Virus record (IMG/VR): IMGVR_UViG_3300019776_000657
Span: 1-64,000 of that record
Source of the DNA: a virus
Strand: one strand, 5' to 3'
Length of the DNA: 64,000 nucleotides
Shown one piece after another: positions 58,282 through 64,000 of the stretch. How positions within the stretch are numbered: position 1 is the first letter of the stretch; each line of letters begins with the position of its first letter. Under the pieces are notes generated by a model, which searched no databases, had not been told where the DNA came from, and worked only from the letters and a program-made list of their open reading frames with translations. The translations under genes and the position numbers were made by a program.

Positions 58282-61200
58282 TTATCTCCTTATTAATTGT
58301 GGTTGTAGTCCAAAAGTACCACGAATAGAACGATTGGCACTACTGCCACCACGAGTGATTTCTCCAGCAGTCATGTCGCCAACAACAACCTCTACACGTC
58401 GATTTCCGCGACTGTCTGTGGTTTCACGAGCTTCAGCACGTTCTGTTGAATAGTTGTTGACAACTACTTCTACTGACCCGCCACCTCCACGAACACCCAG
58501 GTTGCCCTGACCATCGCGTTTCAATGGCATGATCGCCTCAGGGCCGGCTTCACCCATCATACCGGTGCCCTTGGCAAACTTGAATAGGGTAGGGCTGTCG
58601 ACTATGGAGTTGGTAAAAGTACCACCCATAGCAAACTTGTGTACGCCATTATCAAAAGCATTTCCTTTAGCGCTCTTTAATAAAGCAAACTGTGAGCCTG
58701 ATAAACTTGCTGTACCACCTCCAGGGCCTCCTAAGCCTATACCACTGCCGCCAAACATACTACCAACCAAGTTCATTAAACCAGGACGGAATGCTTGATA
58801 CATCTCCTGCATTTGCATTCTAAGTTCTAATCTTAACAAGTCTGCCAGCATGGAGTTTATTAGACTCTTGAAGTTCAATTTACCAGTCTGAGCAAACTCA
58901 ACTATGGCATCAGCCATTTTGTCAAAACTACTTCTAAATACTTCTGCATAGCCTTTTTGGCGAATATCTAATTCATTTATTAGATCTATTTCTTTTAATC
59001 TTTGAGCATTTAAACTCTGAGTTAATCTAATTCTATCTTCATAGGCTGTATTTACTCTGCCTTCATCCTGTTTTTGTTGTTCTCTAACTGCGATTAAAGC
59101 TTCAACAGTGTCAGCAGCTTGAGCCTTTATTTGTGCTTCTCTTCTTATAGATGCTAATTTTGTTTCTTTATCAAGTTGTGCCTCTCTCAAATCTCTTTGA
59201 TAGGCCATACTTTGAGTTTCTAAATCAAGTGCTTTTTGTTTGTCTTGTGCTTGTTGAGCGGTTATTGCTCCAATAGATACTAAATAGTCTAACTCAGTCT
59301 TTTTACCAGAAACAATAGCACTACTAATATCTTCTTCTATCTTAGCTCTGGTATTAGCAAAATCTAATTCTCTTTGCGCAATAGCTGCAGTATTTCTTAT
59401 AGTTTCTGCCTGTCTTGCTAACTGACTCATTTCTTGTCTAGCAAGTAGTATTTCTGCAGTTTGGAAATACTCTTTTCTGGTATTTTGCAACCTTTCAAGA
59501 GCAGATTGTTTTAGTACTTTATCTGTTTCTTCATTATATTTTTTCTGATCTGTATTTACTCTAAATTGAGCATCATTCATTGTTTTTTCAATATTTTGTA
59601 TTTCCAATGCTGTTTCAGCTTGCTGTCTCAAATTCAGTAAGGTTTTATCTACTACTTCTACATTTGAAGTTAAGATCTTTAATCTATCTAATTCTATTGA
59701 TTTAAGTTCTATATTTTGCTGTAGTTCTTTCTGTAGTACTGCTTGTTGTTCAGCCTTCTTTTGATAACCTTCAGTGACAGTTACAGCTGCTTTTTCACCT
59801 TTAATCTGTGTTGTTTTTCTTCTTGATTCTACTCGGGCCTGTTCTGCAGCAGTAAAAGCTTTTGCTTGTTCGGGAGCTGTTTCCATTAATTTTTTGAATG
59901 TTAATGTTCCCTGTATGTAACTCTGAGCAGCTTTTAATCCAGCTGTAGCAGCTATGATACTTTCTCGTTCTACTTGAGCAGTATCTAATTCAGATTTTAC
60001 ATTTTCACCGGCCATTTGCCTTTCAGTATATCTTAATATATCTCTATTAGCTAGTTCTAATCTTCTTAAGTTATTTTGTTGATCATTTAAGTTATTTGCC
60101 AGTAACATAGCATCTACTAAGCTTTGTGTAACTTTTATGTTATCCAACTGTATGTCTAATTCTCTTCTCTTTAATTCTGCTTCTATTGTGGCGGTGCCAG
60201 GACCTGTTCCACCTGCAAGATTTGCTCTAGAAATAGATAAGGATGCCAATTGTGCAGCTTCAGATAGTGGACGATATAGTAGTGTTATAGCTTTTTTGGC
60301 AAGATCTGAAAGGGCTAAATCTGTTATGGGTTTTATTGTTTCTTTTAAAGCGGCATTAAATTTTTGGAGTGTTTCTGCTGCTTCTTTTTGTACAGCTTGA
60401 GCTTTTTCTAAAGCTTTAATTGCTGCTTCTGGATTCGTTGTTTTAACTGTAGTTAATCTTACATCATAACCAAATGCTTCTCCAACTGCTTGCGGTGCAG
60501 CCGCTCCTTGATTTTTTAATTCTTGTGTAGTTTGTTCAGCTTTTTTTAACTGATTTTCATAGTATCCAGCCGCTAATGTCAATCCAGTTAACTGTGCTCT
60601 ATAAGACTCCAATCCTTTTTGCACTTCAGGAGAGAAAAATCTCATTTTACCTACATCATCTATTATGTTTCCTAACTCTATTAACGCCAACTTTGGAGTT
60701 TTAAAAGCTTCGGCCATAGATATACTTGTAGTTATAAATCCTAGAGCTAACTTACTTAAAGGATCTGTAGGGGCCATACTTGTAATTAAATCATCATAGG
60801 CTTTTCCCAACTTTTCAAAACTATCCTTTAAAGAAGTAGAAGATGTTGATATCTTTTTAAACTTTTTTGTTGTTTCGGACTCTAATACTGTGATCTGTTT
60901 AGTAATATCTACTAATAAATTATCTGGTATATTTAAAAGTCCGCTGGCCAAAGATTTACTATCTATTTCTTTTATATTTAGTATTTGTTTTACTTTTTGT
61001 ACAAATTCGGATTTAACTGTGCCTTCTGGCATCAACTTAATAGCGTTGCCTAGACTATAAGCAAATTGCTTGGAAAATTGCTGTTCTGTGCTCTTTCCAA
61101 ATACACTCATTATGCTATTTACAAATCTATCCCAACCATTGGATGCAAATCTCACTTTATCTAAGTCAACTACTAGTTTAGTTAAACTATTAGATACTTC

Positions 61201-63156
61201 TTCTAAGGCATTTGCTACTGCTACAATATTCTGTGAACTCATCAATTTAAATGGGTCCATTTTTGACATCTCAAAAAAGACTTCATTTGCCAGTTTTCCA
61301 GCATCTTTTGTAGCATCCAAGGACTTTTCGAAGTTTTCAGACTCTTTTTGATTATCACTCATTGCACTGTTTAGTGCACTGAATGCTGCTGTAGCTATTC
61401 CTATTGCGAGTAACCAAGGCTGCATAGCATTGAATGCTAACATTAGGGTTGAGCTAAGTATTCTTATTCCGCCACTAGCAAGCGTAGTTATTCTGGTAAA
61501 TCCTGTTAATGTTTTTCCTGTTGTAGCAGTTCTTTCATTAAATTCATTAAACACTCCAGGACCATTTTTTACTTCATCAACTAATCTTTTCCAAGCTTCT
61601 TTAGCTCCCATTATTTGGGTATTTTCACCAACATTGGATAAAATCTTGGTACTAGCGGCTGCCATTTCTGCTCTACGAGCAACTATGTCTTTGGCACGAC
61701 CTTCCAATGTATTTTTTGCTCCAGCTGTTTCAGCTCCTGAAAGTGCAGCTATTCTTTTATTTTCTTCTTGAATATATACCTGATTTAATAGTGCTGCTTG
61801 TTTCATCTGACCTAGCCGTACTTCTTGTTTGGCTATGTCTTGATCCATTATCTTTAAGTGCTCTACTTCACTTACATTTATATTATCACGAAGTGTTTTT
61901 AATTTTATTAAGGCATTTTGTTCTTTTACTAGTTGAGTTTCAATAGCTTTTTGATTTGCTACTGCTGCTTGGGCATCGTACTCCTCACCCATTACTCTAC
62001 CAAGTATTTTTGATTTTGGAGAAAGTACTTGTCCTAGAGCTGTTTGAGTTCCTGCTAAAGCCTGATTAGCTGCGTCGGCTGCTTCTTTTGCATCCTGCAA
62101 ACCAGCTCTCATCTTCTTGCCAATATCAAATTCTTCATATGAATCGCGAAGTCTTTTTGCAGTAGCAGCAGCTATATCAGCATTTTTAACTAATTCTTGT
62201 CTCCAAGAAGTAAGGGCAGGAATTGCTTGTTTTACTAGACTAGCACCTATAGCCACCAATAGAGAGGAGAGCGCAGTTGGACTTTCTGACAATAGTTTTA
62301 TAAGTGGTGTAAGTACAGTATTTACTAAACTCAACCCACTTTGAGCCACATTACTTATAGTAGCAGACAGTTTACTGTATGGATTTACATCTACCTTGAT
62401 ATTTCCGAATTTTTGCTCTGCTTCTGCTAACACAGCGTTGGCAAAACCCTGACGTTTTTCAAAGTCAGTTAGTGATGATACTGTTTTACCTAGAGTTCTA
62501 GCATAATCCTGATTTGCTTTATCTATTTTTACATAGATTCCGAGTTCGTCTAATAGTTCTGGCTCTATTTTGCTAATACCGCGACTCAATCTGCTGATGG
62601 CATCAGGCATTGAAATTCCAAGAGCAGTAGATGCCTTCTTGGCTGCATCACCAATACGCAATATTTGCTGACTGCTCAATCCTGCTGCTGAACCTTTTGT
62701 AGTGGCCTCCAATGCATCGCGCATAGATATAGCACCGTCAGTAGCATCGTATAATCTTTTACTCAGGGTTCCTAATGCTTGTCCACTACTAACACTTAAC
62801 TTGTCTAGTCCGGTTATCATATTTGTAGTGTCAGCAGCCTTACTTAATGCGCTAAATGCAGCTGTAACTGCATATATATTTGCTGCAACAGTTGCGTATA
62901 GACGTACTACTCCGCCCAATCCCTCAGATTGTTTTGCAAAATCACGGGCTTCGGCACCCGTACCACCAGTAGCCCGACCACGATTATAGTCTATTACTTG
63001 TTGGCTACTAACAGCCCCACCTCCACCCATAGCTACGCTCCTAGCCAGCTTTTGGGTTTTGGTGAGTTCACCGTTGAGTTCTTTTGTTTCGCCAGTTCTT
63101 TTTTGGATTGAGTTGCCACTATCGGACAACATCATAGAAATATTTACATCTGCCAT
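58282..63156 (-). CDS. tail tape measure protein
   Basis: about 1620-aa helical protein; T5-pb2-like YATVAANIYA N-terminal part; lambda-type C-terminus (FAMGG...MGEAGPEAIMPL). Confidence 0.92.
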   Translation of the reverse strand: MADVNISMMLSDSGNSIQKRTGETKELNGELTKTQKLARSVAMGGGGAVSSQQVIDYNRGRATGGTGAEARDFAKQSEGLGGVVRLYATVAANIYAVTAAFSALSKAADTTNMITGLDKLSVSSGQALGTLSKRLYDATDGAISMRDALEATTKGSAAGLSSQQILRIGDAAKKASTALGISMPDAISRLSRGISKIEPELLDELGIYVKIDKANQDYARTLGKTVSSLTDFEKRQGFANAVLAEAEQKFGNIKVDVNPYSKLSATISNVAQSGLSLVNTVLTPLIKLLSESPTALSSLLVAIGASLVKQAIPALTSWRQELVKNADIAAATAKRLRDSYEEFDIGKKMRAGLQDAKEAADAANQALAGTQTALGQVLSPKSKILGRVMGEEYDAQAAVANQKAIETQLVKEQNALIKLKTLRDNINVSEVEHLKIMDQDIAKQEVRLGQMKQAALLNQVYIQEENKRIAALSGAETAGAKNTLEGRAKDIVARRAEMAAASTKILSNVGENTQIMGAKEAWKRLVDEVKNGPGVFNEFNERTATTGKTLTGFTRITTLASGGIRILSSTLMLAFNAMQPWLLAIGIATAAFSALNSAMSDNQKESENFEKSLDATKDAGKLANEVFFEMSKMDPFKLMSSQNIVAVANALEEVSNSLTKLVVDLDKVRFASNGWDRFVNSIMSVFGKSTEQQFSKQFAYSLGNAIKLMPEGTVKSEFVQKVKQILNIKEIDSKSLASGLLNIPDNLLVDITKQITVLESETTKKFKKISTSSTSLKDSFEKLGKAYDDLITSMAPTDPLSKLALGFITTSISMAEAFKTPKLALIELGNIIDDVGKMRFFSPEVQKGLESYRAQLTGLTLAAGYYENQLKKAEQTTQELKNQGAAAPQAVGEAFGYDVRLTTVKTTNPEAAIKALEKAQAVQKEAAETLQKFNAALKETIKPITDLALSDLAKKAITLLYRPLSEAAQLASLSISRANLAGGTGPGTATIEAELKRRELDIQLDNIKVTQSLVDAMLLANNLNDQQNNLRRLELANRDILRYTERQMAGENVKSELDTAQVERESIIAATAGLKAAQSYIQGTLTFKKLMETAPEQAKAFTAAEQARVESRRKTTQIKGEKAAVTVTEGYQKKAEQQAVLQKELQQNIELKSIELDRLKILTSNVEVVDKTLLNLRQQAETALEIQNIEKTMNDAQFRVNTDQKKYNEETDKVLKQSALERLQNTRKEYFQTAEILLARQEMSQLARQAETIRNTAAIAQRELDFANTRAKIEEDISSAIVSGKKTELDYLVSIGAITAQQAQDKQKALDLETQSMAYQRDLREAQLDKETKLASIRREAQIKAQAADTVEALIAVREQQKQDEGRVNTAYEDRIRLTQSLNAQRLKEIDLINELDIRQKGYAEVFRSSFDKMADAIVEFAQTGKLNFKSLINSMLADLLRLELRMQMQEMYQAFRPGLMNLVGSMFGGSGIGLGGPGGGTASLSGSQFALLKSAKGNAFDNGVHKFAMGGTFTNSIVDSPTLFKFAKGTGMMGEAGPEAIMPLKRDGQGNLGVRGGGGSVEVVVNNYSTERAEARETTDSRGNRRVEVVVGDMTAGEITRGGSSANRSIRGTFGLQPQLIRR

Positions 63157-63213
63157 AGCCTCTCCTTGAGAGATGAGCACGCACAAAAATTAGTGCTTAT
63201 TCAAGTAGCTCTA

Positions 63214-63242
63214 ATTATATCATGTAAGCAAGGGTCAGTCAA
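63214..63242 (-). promoter_or_regulatory. sigma70-type promoter for the tape measure operon
   Basis: minus strand TTGACT-17nt-TATAAT. Confidence 0.65.
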
Positions 63243-63251
63243 ACCAAAAAT

Positions 63252-63281
63252 AAAAAAGCCCACCATTAAGGCGGGCTTTTT
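63252..63281 (-). terminator. intrinsic terminator
   Basis: AAAAGCCC...GGGCTTTT. Confidence 0.65.
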
Positions 63282-63676
63282 ACTTCTTTGAGGCTTTCCT
63301 CTTGTTTTCGCTTAGCCGACAACTGCTTCATACGCTCACTGTCGATCAACGCTATCAATTCTAGTATGAATCGCTTCTCGTCTTGACTTACCTGGTAAAT
63401 TATGAACAGGTCATTGACACCACTCATATTTTTACCCATATAGGTCCCACTCATGCCTTCCCACACATCCTGCAATACTTGATACAATTCAAATGCTTGC
63501 TGTACCTCAGCCGGAAAATCTTCAAACTCCACTGGAATTTCATCTTCTACAGCCGGGGTTCCCATCATCTCACACATTTCAAGATACTGTTCTTTGGTCA
63601 TGCCAACAGCACTGTTTTGAAAGAAATTTGTTATGGCTTGACGAATGGTGTGGGTTTGCTCACTTAGAAGTTTCCC
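63266..63676 (-). CDS. tail assembly chaperone, -1 frameshift extension (gpT part of G-T)
   Basis: -1 frame is open from the GGGAAAC slippery site into MTKEQYLEMC. Confidence 0.8.
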   Translation of the reverse strand, partial: GKLLSEQTHTIRQAITNFFQNSAVGMTKEQYLEMCEMMGTPAVEDEIPVEFEDFPAEVQQAFELYQVLQDVWEGMSGTYMGKNMSGVNDLFIIYQVSQDEKRFILELIALIDSERMKQLSAKRKQEESLKEVKSPP

Positions 63677-64000
63677 AGGTCTGTGACCTGTTCAGTGATA
63701 AAACTGTCAAAGTTTGTACTGTTCTTCATCAAGCTCAGTGCATTATCATCTGAGAAATCTACGAGTGTATTGGGATCTTGATCACCTAACTCAATTGGTA
63801 CCAATTTGGATAGGTGGTCTAAGGTTAAGCCACTCCAACCCTTGATTGTGTTTTGTACGTACAATTGTAGGAAAAGATCTTCGTCAAAATCTTCTGTCAT
63901 TTGACGGTTTTTAAACACAGTTTTAGTGCTCTTCTTACGAATTGTAGTCAAGGTCTCACGACTCAAAAAACAAAGTTTGAGTTTAAAACCTGGCAGACCA
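63664..64000 (-). CDS. tail assembly chaperone (gpG-like), 5' truncated by the window
   Basis: frame open to the window edge; IKGW.GL...L.KL; upstream of the tape measure gene. Confidence 0.8.
   Translation of the reverse strand, partial: GLPGFKLKLCFLSRETLTTIRKKSTKTVFKNRQMTEDFDEDLFLQLYVQNTIKGWSGLTLDHLSKLVPIELGDQDPNTLVDFSDDNALSLMKNSTNFDSFITEQVTDLGNF
63670..63676 (-). promoter_or_regulatory. programmed -1 frameshift site G GGA AAC
   Basis: X XXY YYZ heptamer two codons before the upstream chaperone stop. Confidence 0.85.

Noticed and set aside
35894-62989. Many plus-strand ORFs antisense to late genes (for example 36278..36487, 41164..41424, 48054..48623, 48717..49154)
   Set aside because: Shadow frames caused by Thr/Ala/Gly codon bias or local high GC; no RBS or domain signal

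Overview
A 64-kb segment of an AT-rich lytic siphovirus related to T5 (Demerecviridae-like). Plus strand, 1-26.9 kb: the end of a tRNA/ncRNA cluster mixed with small genes (deaminase, rubredoxin, thyX, homing endonucleases). It is followed by the T5-type replication block: D3, D2, PC4-like, split NAD ligase, D5, helicase, primase, PolA, D10-D15, dUTPase and a class II RNR. Minus strand, 26.9-64 kb: late genes, namely tail chaperones with a -1 frameshift, tape measure, a lambda-type tail tip with a K-I-J fusion, a long array of fibre/adhesin genes, endolysin, holin-like genes and PhoH. The most striking part is the RNA cluster. (1) A circularly permuted, two-piece tmRNA (tag ANDAFYGELSLAA) whose spacer carries a small ORF. 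(2) A GIY-YIG endonuclease that appears to have inserted at the tag end, duplicating the tag-end/pseudoknot module and gaining a C-terminal LAA. (3) Three unassigned structured RNAs. (4) A tRNA-Ile(UAU) whose long variable arm mimics a second Ile (GAU) anticodon arm. (5) A tRNA-Gly with a possible 8/4 fold. All protein assignments come from motif recognition and recalled family features, not database searches.
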